Assembly: GCA_007134025.1 (NCBI GenBank) | Contig: SLLR01000012.1 | Coordinates: forward strand, 7,846 to 71,845 | DNA: 64,000 nt | Direction of reading: 5' to 3' | From: Desulfuromonadaceae bacterium | GTDB lineage: Bacteria; Desulfobacterota; Desulfuromonadia; Desulfuromonadales; Syntrophotaleaceae | Position numbers and translations under genes: made by a program | Shown: piece by piece, positions 57,301 to 64,000 of the stretch | How positions within the stretch are numbered: position 1 is the stretch's first letter | Layout: each line of letters starts with the position of its first letter | Notes under the pieces: generated by a model | Told to the model about the DNA's origin: nothing | Seen by the model: the letters and a program-made list of their open reading frames with translations, nothing else | Database searches by the model: none

Positions 57301-57878
57301 CCATCGAGGAGTTTCAGCAACTGGAACAGCGCTGGACCTTTCTCACCGAGCAGGAAGCCGATCTGCGTACCTCCATGGAAGGGCTGCAGACGGCTATCAG
57401 CAAGATCAACCGGACCACCCGTAAGCGGTTCAGCGAAACCTTTCGACAAGTTAACGATCGCTTTCAGGAAGTTTTCCCTCGACTGTTTTTGGGAGGCAAG
57501 GCGGAGCTCAGGCTCACCGATGAGCAGGACCTTCTTGAGACGGGCATCGATATCGCGGTTCAACCGCCGGGCAAAAAGTTGCAGAACGTCAATCTTTTGT
57601 CGGGGGGCGAGAAAGCCTTGACCGCGGTAGCTTTGATTTTTGCCATCTTTCTTATCAAACCCTCGCCTTTTTGCATTCTCGACGAGGTCGACGCGCCGCT
57701 GGACGACGCCAATATCGAGCGGTTCAATGAGTTGGTCAGGGAAATGTCAGATAAATCCCAATTTATCCTGATTACTCACAACAAAAGGACGATGAATGTC
57801 GCCGACACACTGTACGGTGTCACGATGGAGTCACCCGGAGTCTCGAAGCTGGTCTCGGTGCGGATCAACGACTTTTAG
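54354..57878 (+). CDS. smc: Chromosome segregation protein SMC
   Basis: MKIKRLEIVGFKSF, Walker A GPNGCGKSN, long coiled coils with a hinge, signature LSGGEKALTAVAL, and Walker B ILDEVDAPLD. Confidence 0.95.
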   Translation: MKIKRLEIVGFKSFVDRVCLDFSEGIAAVVGPNGCGKSNILDAIRWVMGEQSARNLRGRSMEDVIFGGSEMRKPVGMAEVSLILSNEGRLGPPALRDYPEIMVTRRLYRNGDSEYRLNKTPCRLLDITELFIDTGVGARAYSIIEQGKIGMILSARPEDRRFLIEEAAGISKFKSRKQAALRKIEATRQNLLRLQDIISEVRRQLNALKRQARKAEQYRDYREQLKALEVALAAERFRDLGQQWAVVESACEEQGRQAAMLERQAEKVELEIEARRLEQIILEKEQTRRQQQFFELTTSIQQIESRLQYDQKGIAAAQRQQEQLTAELESLGEQLIDTEGEVAALRSSETGAEQELARQESRLEQSEAALASLLSADEAAQQILEEDRQSLLRLSSELARLDNRREEVRRRQQLLAEQRSRYRQELQTVREQQDELRERIADSERSLAVEGRQRDALEGQLETARRHIQRVRQQKEEGESPFLQTQEALSRRRSRLESLRDLERAREGCEAGVRTLLADGHWGQVCAGLAADMLAVPAEWEVALEAVLGDRLQALLPGRVEDVFSALELLRGSGGRAALLLPAQGPLQQPVEVVGAKPLLSLVRPDEGLAEEAAALLDGLFLVEDLAPYLGGSLPRGVTLVTAAGDSLSHRGLLRGGATKALDGGLLQKRREIKELIAEVARLEDAFSELQRQRLQQKEEILQSEETLQQLTAALQSLQLRLAAAEKDLDRQREDLRRLQERAARLGFEDDRLAEESETLRQGLIEDEGALEARKERRRALETSVAAVQEQQQERRLILTRERESVTALKVALAGLREREDGNRRNLRRLEKTLEDGLRRQEEAGRRLQETVREQQGLEKTLDRQRVEMEVLLRRQEEEARYQQTCEENVEAGAAALKASEAGLKELRSRHSLLQDGLRADQVRLREIELEMTHLRESVLDRYRIDLQQQIEQPTAVDEQQSQQRMKELRRLLEDMGEVNLMAIEEFQQLEQRWTFLTEQEADLRTSMEGLQTAISKINRTTRKRFSETFRQVNDRFQEVFPRLFLGGKAELRLTDEQDLLETGIDIAVQPPGKKLQNVNLLSGGEKALTAVALIFAIFLIKPSPFCILDEVDAPLDDANIERFNELVREMSDKSQFILITHNKRTMNVADTLYGVTMESPGVSKLVSVRINDF

Positions 57879-57886
57879 GAGCCGAA

Positions 57887-58246
57887 ATGCCTTTCAAAAA
57901 GATGCTGACAGAACTGATCGACAGCGTTCCCGGAGCTTCCGGAGCCATTATCGCTGACTGGGAAGGAGAATCCGTGGCCCATGTTGCGCGCATGGACGAT
58001 TACGAATTGCGGGTCATCGGGGCTCACAAGGGGATTGTTCTGGGCAATCTGCGTCAGGTCATGGCGCATCTGGAAGACGATCATCTGCAGGAAGTGGTGA
58101 TTGCCACCCGCAGCGGGCGGGTGCTGATTCTTCCGGTCACCCGGGATTATTTTCTGGTGCTGGTAACCGACCCCGGAACCGTTCTGGGCCGGGCCCTCTA
58201 TGCGGCCCGCTGCTGTGTCTTGAAGTTGAAGGAAGAGATCGCCTGA
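57887..58246 (+). CDS. Roadblock/LC7 (MglB-like) domain protein
   Basis: 119 aa. GASGAIIADWEGESVA...VVIATRSGRVLILPV fits the roadblock fold pattern. AGGAG RBS. Lies 8 nt after the smc stop. Confidence 0.75.
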   Translation: MPFKKMLTELIDSVPGASGAIIADWEGESVAHVARMDDYELRVIGAHKGIVLGNLRQVMAHLEDDHLQEVVIATRSGRVLILPVTRDYFLVLVTDPGTVLGRALYAARCCVLKLKEEIA

Positions 58247-58363
58247 TCTGCTGAAACGGTCTGCCGCCGTTCCGACAACCGGACTGTTGTGGCCGATGGT
58301 CTGTGTGGAATCCGTGGCGTTGAACGAGCGATTATTTTGCGAGCAAAAGGAGACTGGGTTTCA

Positions 58364-59788
58364 ATGGAATGGTTTTCCCGTTGGACAACAAGTATCGCCG
58401 GGTGGCTGGTGCAGGCCGGTGTTGCCGAAAAATGGAGCGAGAGCCTTTCCCTGGCCCTGTTGGCGGTGGCGGGCTTGCTGCTGTTGCTGGTCATTGGCTG
58501 GCTGGTGGTTCGCGGGCGTAAAAAAACCGTCCCTGTCGGTGAGCTACAAGAACCGGCATCGGCCGAAACGCCGGAGCAGGCTGACCAGCTTGGCGCTGAA
58601 GAGGCAATACCGTCCTTCCCGGACTCGGTGGCGGAGCCGGCTGAACAGACAATCGAAGCCGAACCGGAGCGGGACTCAAAGCCGGTTTCCGAAGTAGCGG
58701 TGGAGGCTGAGGAGCCGGCCGCCCCCCCTTCAGAAAGGGCGGAACCGGAGCCCCTTTCGCCAGAGCAGATACGGCCCATCGCAGAAGACGTTCCGCCGGT
58801 TGTGGTGCCCCCGAAACCGACCAGGGAGGAACAAGAGCTTCCCGGCGAAGCGGACAAGACCCTCGGTATCGGTCTTTTTGATCGCATGCGGGCCGGCCTG
58901 GCCAAGACTCAGGCCTCCCTGATGGGGCGGATCGATGCCCTGCTGAGCAGTTCCCGGGACATCGATGATGAGCTGCTTGAAGAGCTGGAAGAGATACTGG
59001 TGACCGCCGACTTCGGCATGCAGACCACCATGAACCTGATGGCCACCCTGGAAAAGCGGGTCGCCGCCAGTGAAGCGACGGATCCTCAAGGGCTGCGCGA
59101 GCTGCTCAAGGATGAAATCCGCCGCCGCCTTCGCTCTGAAGCTGCTCCGTTTGACCTGGAGCAGGCGAAGCCGTTTGTCATTATGGTGGTGGGCGTCAAC
59201 GGCGTGGGAAAAACCACCACCATCGGCAAAATGGCTTATCAATTCGCCAGTCAGGGCAAAAAGGTCATCCTCGGCGCCGGTGACACTTTTCGGGCGGCGG
59301 CCGCAGAGCAACTGGTTGTGTGGGGGGAGAGGGCCGGCGTCGAGGTCATTCGTCAGGAATCCGGATCCGATCCCGCTGCGGTAGCCTATGACGCGATCCG
59401 GGCGGCCATTGCCCGCAAGGCCGAGATCCTGATCCTTGATACCGCCGGCCGTCTGCATACCAAGGCCAACCTGATGGAAGAGCTTAAGAAAGTGCGCAGA
59501 GTTCTTGATAGAGAGCTGCCTGGAGCCCCGCACGAAACTCTGCTGGTGGTGGATGCCACCACCGGTCAGAACGCTCTGGTGCAGGCCCGTCTGTTTCGGG
59601 AGGCGGTGGCGGTTTCGGGTCTGGCCCTGACCAAGCTTGACGGTACCGCCCGAGGCGGTATGTTGGTAGCCATAGGCGATGAGCTGGAGTTGCCGGTACG
59701 CTATGTCGGTATCGGCGAAGGGCTTGACGATCTGCGGCCTTTCGACCCGGATCTTTTTGTCGAGGCCCTGTTTGAGAAGCAGGGATAA
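58364..59788 (+). CDS. ftsY: Signal recognition particle receptor FtsY
   Basis: N-terminal TM helix, an acidic A-region, and an NG domain with [19 protein letters not shown] and TKLDG. Start trimmed to ATG 58364. Confidence 0.93.
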   Translation: MEWFSRWTTSIAGWLVQAGVAEKWSESLSLALLAVAGLLLLLVIGWLVVRGRKKTVPVGELQEPASAETPEQADQLGAEEAIPSFPDSVAEPAEQTIEAEPERDSKPVSEVAVEAEEPAAPPSERAEPEPLSPEQIRPIAEDVPPVVVPPKPTREEQELPGEADKTLGIGLFDRMRAGLAKTQASLMGRIDALLSSSRDIDDELLEELEEILVTADFGMQTTMNLMATLEKRVAASEATDPQGLRELLKDEIRRRLRSEAAPFDLEQAKPFVIMVVGVNGVGKTTTIGKMAYQFASQGKKVILGAGDTFRAAAAEQLVVWGERAGVEVIRQESGSDPAAVAYDAIRAAIARKAEILILDTAGRLHTKANLMEELKKVRRVLDRELPGAPHETLLVVDATTGQNALVQARLFREAVAVSGLALTKLDGTARGGMLVAIGDELELPVRYVGIGEGLDDLRPFDPDLFVEALFEKQG

Positions 59789-59792
59789 CTCC

Positions 59793-59821
59793 TTGACTTT
59801 CGGGTTTTGTTTACATAGAAT
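59793..59821 (+). promoter_or_regulatory. Sigma-70-type promoter for zapB-like/zapA (and the downstream RNA)
   Basis: TTGACT, 17 nt spacer, TAGAAT. Confidence 0.55.
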
Positions 59822-59848
59822 TTTTCAATTCAACGGAGAGAGAATATC

Positions 59849-60040
59849 GTGGACATCAGTATCGTTATTCGTCTGGAAGACAAGATCGACCAGCTTTTGG
59901 CCCGTAAAAAAGATCTGGAAGAAAAGTGCCGTCAACTGGCCGCAGAAAACGCGGGCCTGCTGCAGGAAAAGGAACACGTCGGCCTTGAACTGGATCGGAT
60001 TCTGGCCAAACTGGACGGTCTGGATCAGGAAGTCTCTTGA
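59849..60040 (+). CDS. ZapB-like small coiled-coil protein
   Basis: 63 aa with GTG start after GGAGAGAG. Leucine-zipper-like sequence LEDKIDQLLARKKDLEEKCRQLAAEN. Its stop overlaps the zapA start. Confidence 0.5.
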   Translation: MDISIVIRLEDKIDQLLARKKDLEEKCRQLAAENAGLLQEKEHVGLELDRILAKLDGLDQEVS

Positions 60041-60327
60041 AACATGCCGTACAGGTCAACATCCTTGGACAGCAATACACGGTAAGGAGCACCGCTTCGC
60101 CGGATGAAGTTCAGCGAGTGGCGGAATTCGTCAATCGTCAGGTGGCCGAGGTGGCTGCCAGTAAAGCGGTTGACACCCTGAACACCGCCGTGCTGGCACT
60201 GATGAATATCGGCGGAGCGTATCTGCGTCTTCAGGACGCGATGGCCGTGGATCAGCATGGCGAGGAACGTTTGCAGCGCCTGCTTCAGCGCCTTGAGTGC
60301 GATTGTCCGAAAGAGCCGGAGAGGTGA
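60037..60327 (+). CDS. zapA: Cell division protein ZapA
   Basis: VNILGQQYTVRS...DEVQRVAEFVNRQV...NTAVLALMNI pattern. Confidence 0.8.
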   Translation: MKHAVQVNILGQQYTVRSTASPDEVQRVAEFVNRQVAEVAASKAVDTLNTAVLALMNIGGAYLRLQDAMAVDQHGEERLQRLLQRLECDCPKEPER

Positions 60328-60389
60328 TGTGCGATGGCCCGAACGGCTGCCACGCTGCCTTGGGTTGGTAAATGCTTATATGCCGAGAC

Positions 60390-60716
60390 CTGAGCGGTCT
60401 CTGCGGGAATCATTCAAGATAGAACACAGGTTTAATTTCGGTGCGTTGCGTTTGATAGCGGCGCTGCCGTTGATTCGGTTGAAGGGCGTTGATTCGAAGT
60501 GGGTTGAATGTGTTTTTAAATTAGGGTCAGCCTGAGAAAGTTTGCCTGCGGCGACTTTCGACCGTGTAGGATTGAGACCCCGACTTCCCTTCGACCGTCG
60601 CTCCCCAGGTGCTTCGTTGATCTGCCCGCAAGGGATTTGACCTGGACACCTTCCTTCCTGCGTTCCTGTCTTAAGACTTCTCTGCAGAGATCTCCGATTG
60701 TCAGCGGAGATCTTTT
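60390..60716 (+). ncRNA. ssrS: Candidate 6S RNA (boundaries approximate)
   Basis: 391-nt non-coding gap in the conserved zapA - ssrS - 5-formyl-THF cyclo-ligase context. There is an extended -10 (TGCTTATAT, 60373-60381). Long-range imperfect pairing links 60397-60430 with 60658-60692, and 60476-60486 with 60587-60597 (11 bp). A terminal hairpin plus T-tract ends at 60716. Confidence 0.45.
60688..60716 (+). terminator. Hairpin/T-tract terminator overlapping the RBS of the cyclo-ligase gene
   Basis: AGATCTCCG-ATTGTCAG-CGGAGATCT followed by TTTT. The GGAGA of the 3' arm lies 8 nt before ATG 60719. Confidence 0.5.
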
Positions 60717-60718
60717 CC

Positions 60719-61276
60719 ATGCCTAAAAGATCCATCAGATCCGACCTGCTTGCCCGCCGCAAACATCTGGCGGCGGAGACCTGTCTGAGCCTTAGCCTAC
60801 AGATTCAGCGCTACCTGCTGCAGACCTTGGAGTTTCAGTCGGCGGCGGTTGTTGCGCTATACAGCCCGGTGTTGAACGAAGTTTTTACCGAAGAAATCCT
60901 GCGAGAGGCTCTGGCCGTGGGCAAACAGGTGCTTTACCCTCGGGTTCGAGGCTGCGAACTCGAGTTTGTAAGGGTTGCCGCCGCCCACGAGTTGGTGCCG
61001 GGGAGCTTCGGCGTCCTGGAGCCAACCGGTTCGGACACCCTCACGTCGGGACAACTCGACATGGTTGTGGTGCCGGGCGTGGGTTTTGACAGACGGGGGG
61101 GGCGACTCGGCTACGGTAAAGGCTACTACGATCGGGGGCTGAGTGTCTCCGGTCGGCCCGGATGTCTGGTCGGCCTGTGTTTCGAATTGCAGTTGCTCGA
61201 GACGCTTCCGGCCGAAAGTCACGATGTAAAGATGGATGTGCTTATTACGGAACAGGGGCGCTACGATTGCCTTTAA
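60719..61276 (+). CDS. ygfA: 5-formyltetrahydrofolate cyclo-ligase
   Basis: 185 aa with MPKRSIRSDLLARRKHL..., VVPGVGFDRRGGRLGYGKGYYDR. ORF trimmed to ATG 60719. Confidence 0.85.
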   Translation: MPKRSIRSDLLARRKHLAAETCLSLSLQIQRYLLQTLEFQSAAVVALYSPVLNEVFTEEILREALAVGKQVLYPRVRGCELEFVRVAAAHELVPGSFGVLEPTGSDTLTSGQLDMVVVPGVGFDRRGGRLGYGKGYYDRGLSVSGRPGCLVGLCFELQLLETLPAESHDVKMDVLITEQGRYDCL

Positions 61277-61322
61277 GCTTCCTGTTCTGTTCGCTTTATC
61301 ACCAACATGAGGAGGTCTTGTT

Positions 61323-62885
61323 TTGACTATAGAAATTGCCTTATTGCTGATGGCCCTGGCTCTGGTGGCCGGCGGTGTGCTCGGGACCGTGTTGTGTAAC
61401 CGAATTTCCGGCGCCCGGATTGCCGCAGCCCGGCAGAATGCCGGCCAGATTCTGGCGGAAGCGGAAAAAGAGGCGGATATCATCCGCAAGGAAGCGGCCA
61501 TTCAGGCCAAAGATGTCCTTCTTGAAGCCAAGACTGAATGGGAAAATGAAGCCCGGGAACTGCGGCGGGAGTTGCAGTCTCAGGAAAAGAGGTTGCTGCA
61601 GCGCGAGGAAAATCTGGATCGCAAACTGATTCAGCTTGATGAGCGGGACGTGGAACTGGGCAAGCGGGAAAAAGTGTTGGCCGGACAGGAAGACTGCATC
61701 AGACAGCGGGTTGAAGAAGCGGACAAACTTGTAGCCGAGCAGGTCGTGCGACTGGAGGGCCTTTCAGGTCTCAGTGCCGAAGAAGCTCGACAGCAACTCA
61801 TGGACAATATGGAAAGCGAGGCTCGCCACGATAGCGCCCGGCGCATTAAACAGATTGAGGATGAGGCCCGGGAAACGGCCGACAAAAAAGCCAAAAAGAT
61901 TCTGGCCCTGGCCGTTCAGCGCTATGCCGGGGATTACGTGGCTGAAAAGGCGGTCAGCGTGGTGGCCCTGCCGTCAGATGAAATGAAGGGCCGCATTATC
62001 GGTCGCGAGGGCCGCAACATTCGCGCCATTGAAGCGGCAACGGGCATTGACCTGATCATCGACGATACTCCCGAAGCAGTGATCGTCTCCGGCTTCAATC
62101 CGGTGCGGCGGGAGGTGGCCCGAATTTCGCTGGAGCGGCTTATCGCTGACGGCCGCATCCATCCGGCCCGCATCGAAGAGGTGGTGGAAAAAGCTGCCGA
62201 AGAGGTCGACAATTCTATTCGTGAGGCCGGTGAGCAGGCGACTTTTGATGTCGGGGTGCATGGGATTCATCCCGAAATTGTGAAACTGGTCGGTCGCCTC
62301 AAATATCGAACCTCCTACGGCCAGAATGTTCTGCAGCACTCCATTGAAGTGGCTTTTTTGTGCGGCGTCATGGCCGCCGAACTGGGCATCAATGTGAAGC
62401 AGGCCAAGCGTGCCGGTCTGCTTCACGACATCGGCAAAGCCGTGGATCACGAGGTCGAGGGCTCCCATGCGTTGATTGGTGCCGACCTTGCCCGCAAATA
62501 CGGTGAATCACCCGAGGTGGTTCACGCTCTGGCGGCTCACCATGAGGACGAAAAGCCTGCCACGATTCTTGCGGTGCTGGTGCAGGCAGCGGATGCCCTT
62601 TCTGGAGCCCGGCCCGGAGCCCGCCGGGAGATGCTGGAAACATACGTCAAGCGTCTTGCGGACCTGGAACGTATCGGAACCTCCTTCAAGGGTGTGACAA
62701 GCTGTTTCGCCATTCAGGCCGGTCGGGAAATCCGGGTGATGGTGGCCAGTGACAAGGTTTCGGATGTCGAATCTCACGTTCTGGCGCGAGATATTGCCCG
62801 CAAGATCGAGGAAGAGATGACCTATCCGGGGCAGATCAAGGTGAACGTGATCCGTGAAACTCGAGCCGTTGAAATTGCCAAGTAG
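61323..62885 (+). CDS. rny: Ribonuclease Y
   Basis: 520 aa with an N-terminal TM helix, coiled coil, KH domain ([13 protein letters not shown]) and HD domain (LLHDIGKA). TTG start after GAGGAGG. Confidence 0.95.
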   Translation: MTIEIALLLMALALVAGGVLGTVLCNRISGARIAAARQNAGQILAEAEKEADIIRKEAAIQAKDVLLEAKTEWENEARELRRELQSQEKRLLQREENLDRKLIQLDERDVELGKREKVLAGQEDCIRQRVEEADKLVAEQVVRLEGLSGLSAEEARQQLMDNMESEARHDSARRIKQIEDEARETADKKAKKILALAVQRYAGDYVAEKAVSVVALPSDEMKGRIIGREGRNIRAIEAATGIDLIIDDTPEAVIVSGFNPVRREVARISLERLIADGRIHPARIEEVVEKAAEEVDNSIREAGEQATFDVGVHGIHPEIVKLVGRLKYRTSYGQNVLQHSIEVAFLCGVMAAELGINVKQAKRAGLLHDIGKAVDHEVEGSHALIGADLARKYGESPEVVHALAAHHEDEKPATILAVLVQAADALSGARPGARREMLETYVKRLADLERIGTSFKGVTSCFAIQAGREIRVMVASDKVSDVESHVLARDIARKIEEEMTYPGQIKVNVIRETRAVEIAK

Positions 62886-63052
62886 TTTTCATCCGGAAAC
62901 GGCCCTTTTCCGCTGTAGCGGCGTCAATCTGCAGGTTTGCTTGTGACTCGGACCATCCCTGGCCCTCGCCCTTCGGGCAGCCAGGGCTGTCCATTTCCTC
63001 TATCTCTGTGGAAATGTGCGGCGTACCGATGTACGCCTCCGCGCAACCCTTT

Positions 63053-63130
63053 GATTTCCTTGCCACAACGAAAAATTGCTCGTTTCCCACATGAAAACTG
63101 CGCTGTGTCCATCCGGAGTTTCCGGATGGG
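63053..63130 (-). repeat. Hairpin-plus-conserved-box repeat, copy 2 (inverted orientation)
   Basis: The reverse complement reads CCATCCGG-AAACT-CCGGATGG-ACACAGCGCAGTTTTCATGTGGGAAACGAGCAATTTTTCGTTGTGGCAAGGAAATC. Confidence 0.75.
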
Positions 63131-63176
63131 CGCCAAGTAGCCTTCTGCCCACATAAAAAGTAATTGGAGCCTTTTT

Positions 63177-63962
63177 TTGAACATACTGTTTATTGGAGAC
63201 GTCATCGGCCGTACCGGGCGTCGAGCTCTTACCGATCGTCTGCACCGTTTGGTTGACGAACATCAGGCAGACCTGGTGATTGTTAACGGCGAAAACGCCG
63301 CCGCCGGTTTCGGTCTGACTGCCCCCATCGCCATGGAGTTGTTTGATCTGGGCGTCGACGTGATCACCTCCGGGAACCACATTTGGGACAAGCGGGAGGT
63401 TTACGATTATCTGGAGCGGGAAGAAAGGGTTCTGCGACCGGCCAATTATCCTCCCGGGCTGCCCGGCCGTGGGGCCGGGGTTTTCGCCACCGCTTCCGGA
63501 ATTCGGGTGGGAATCATCAATCTGGAAGGCCGGGTTTTCATGAACAACCTGGATTGTCCGTTTCGGGCCTCCGACAAGCTCGTGGCGGAATTGGCGAAAG
63601 AGGCCCGCGTTCTTTTTGTTGACTTTCATGCGGAAGCCACCAGTGAAAAGATGGCGCTGGGCCACTACCTCGATGGGCGCGTTTCCGCGGTTGTCTGTAC
63701 CCACACTCACGTCCAGACGGCCGATGAGCGTGTGTTTGCCGGCGGGACGGCCTACATTTCCGATGCCGGCATGACCGGCAGCCGTGACGCGGTGATCGGG
63801 ATGCGCAAGGAGCAGGTGTTGGAAAAGTTCCTTACCCAGACTCCGGTGCGTTTTGAAGTGGCCAAGCAGCAGCCCGTCATCTGTGGCGTTCTGGTGTCCG
63901 TCGACGAAAAGACCGGGCGTGCCCAGAGCATTCAGCGCATTCAGGAACCGGCTCACTGCTAG
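63177..63962 (+). CDS. ymdB: YmdB-family metallophosphoesterase (2',3'-cyclic-nucleotide phosphodiesterase-like)
   Basis: MNILFIGDVIGRTGRRAL...VIVNGENAAAGFGLT...DFHAEATSEK. Confidence 0.9.
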   Translation: MNILFIGDVIGRTGRRALTDRLHRLVDEHQADLVIVNGENAAAGFGLTAPIAMELFDLGVDVITSGNHIWDKREVYDYLEREERVLRPANYPPGLPGRGAGVFATASGIRVGIINLEGRVFMNNLDCPFRASDKLVAELAKEARVLFVDFHAEATSEKMALGHYLDGRVSAVVCTHTHVQTADERVFAGGTAYISDAGMTGSRDAVIGMRKEQVLEKFLTQTPVRFEVAKQQPVICGVLVSVDEKTGRAQSIQRIQEPAHC

Positions 63963-63968
63963 CTTGTG

Positions 63969-64000
63969 TCCGTCCGGAAACCCTGGATGGATACAGCGCA
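63969..64000 (+). repeat. Hairpin-plus-conserved-box repeat, copy 3 (cut by the window end)
   Basis: TCCGTCCGG-AAACC-CTGGATGGA-TACAGCGCA. The stem closes with two G-T (G-U) pairs on this strand. Confidence 0.6.

Noticed and set aside
62836-63090. ORF 62836-63090 and the first 19 codons of ORF 49223-50005 share MGNEQFF…VARKS…, which suggests a small protein family
   Set aside because: The shared peptide is a by-product of the intergenic repeat. The similarity ends with the repeat. The UbiE homology starts only at the internal ATG 49280, which has its own RBS.

Overview
GC-rich bacterial chromosomal segment. Gene content suggests a Desulfuromonadales/Geobacter-like deltaproteobacterium, but this is inference only. 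About 55 genes are mostly housekeeping. In order they are: an alpha-glucan operon on the minus strand (single-domain response regulator, NDP-sugar transferase/PGM-like fusion, GH57, GalT-like, GH13); mrcB with a coupled LpoP-like TPR lipoprotein; cspA; DUF3343-nadA; a DAHP synthase; yggT-divIVA-yggU; a four-gene coupled operon (alpha/beta hydrolase, YjbQ, DUF362 ferredoxin, LEA_2 lipoprotein); xerC; bamD; rpoH with a perfect CIRCE operator; polA; ydbH-like plus a fused ynbE/ydbL-like gene; ispG; a cation/H+ antiporter; a REC-PAS histidine kinase and a sigma-54 activator followed by a consensus sigma-54 promoter driving a Cys-rich miniprotein, cheW and a NIT-type MCP; trmO; a MEDS/PAS kinase; ubiE; a yhdP-like AsmA protein; rluA-family; smc; a roadblock/LC7 gene; ftsY; zapB-like, zapA, a candidate 6S RNA and 5-formyl-THF cyclo-ligase; rny; ymdB. 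The GH13 gene at the left edge (1-2327, minus strand) is missing from the supplied ORF track because it has no stop codon inside the window; I found it by manual translation. The only clearly accessory region is a lower-GC islet of about 4.5 kb (21995-26512) bounded by perfect 37-bp direct repeats. It carries an IS200-like Y1 transposase with its own inverted repeats, a radical SAM enzyme with a non-canonical CX4CX2C motif, an aldehyde dehydrogenase, a decayed transposase fragment and a small acidic protein. REP-like hairpin repeats and a decayed acetyl-CoA hydrolase/transferase pseudogene follow it. A second hairpin-containing repeat family occurs three times (49182, 63053 and 63969). I found no rRNA, tRNA or CRISPR array. 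All promoter, operator and RNA calls come from reading the sequence by eye and need computational or experimental confirmation.
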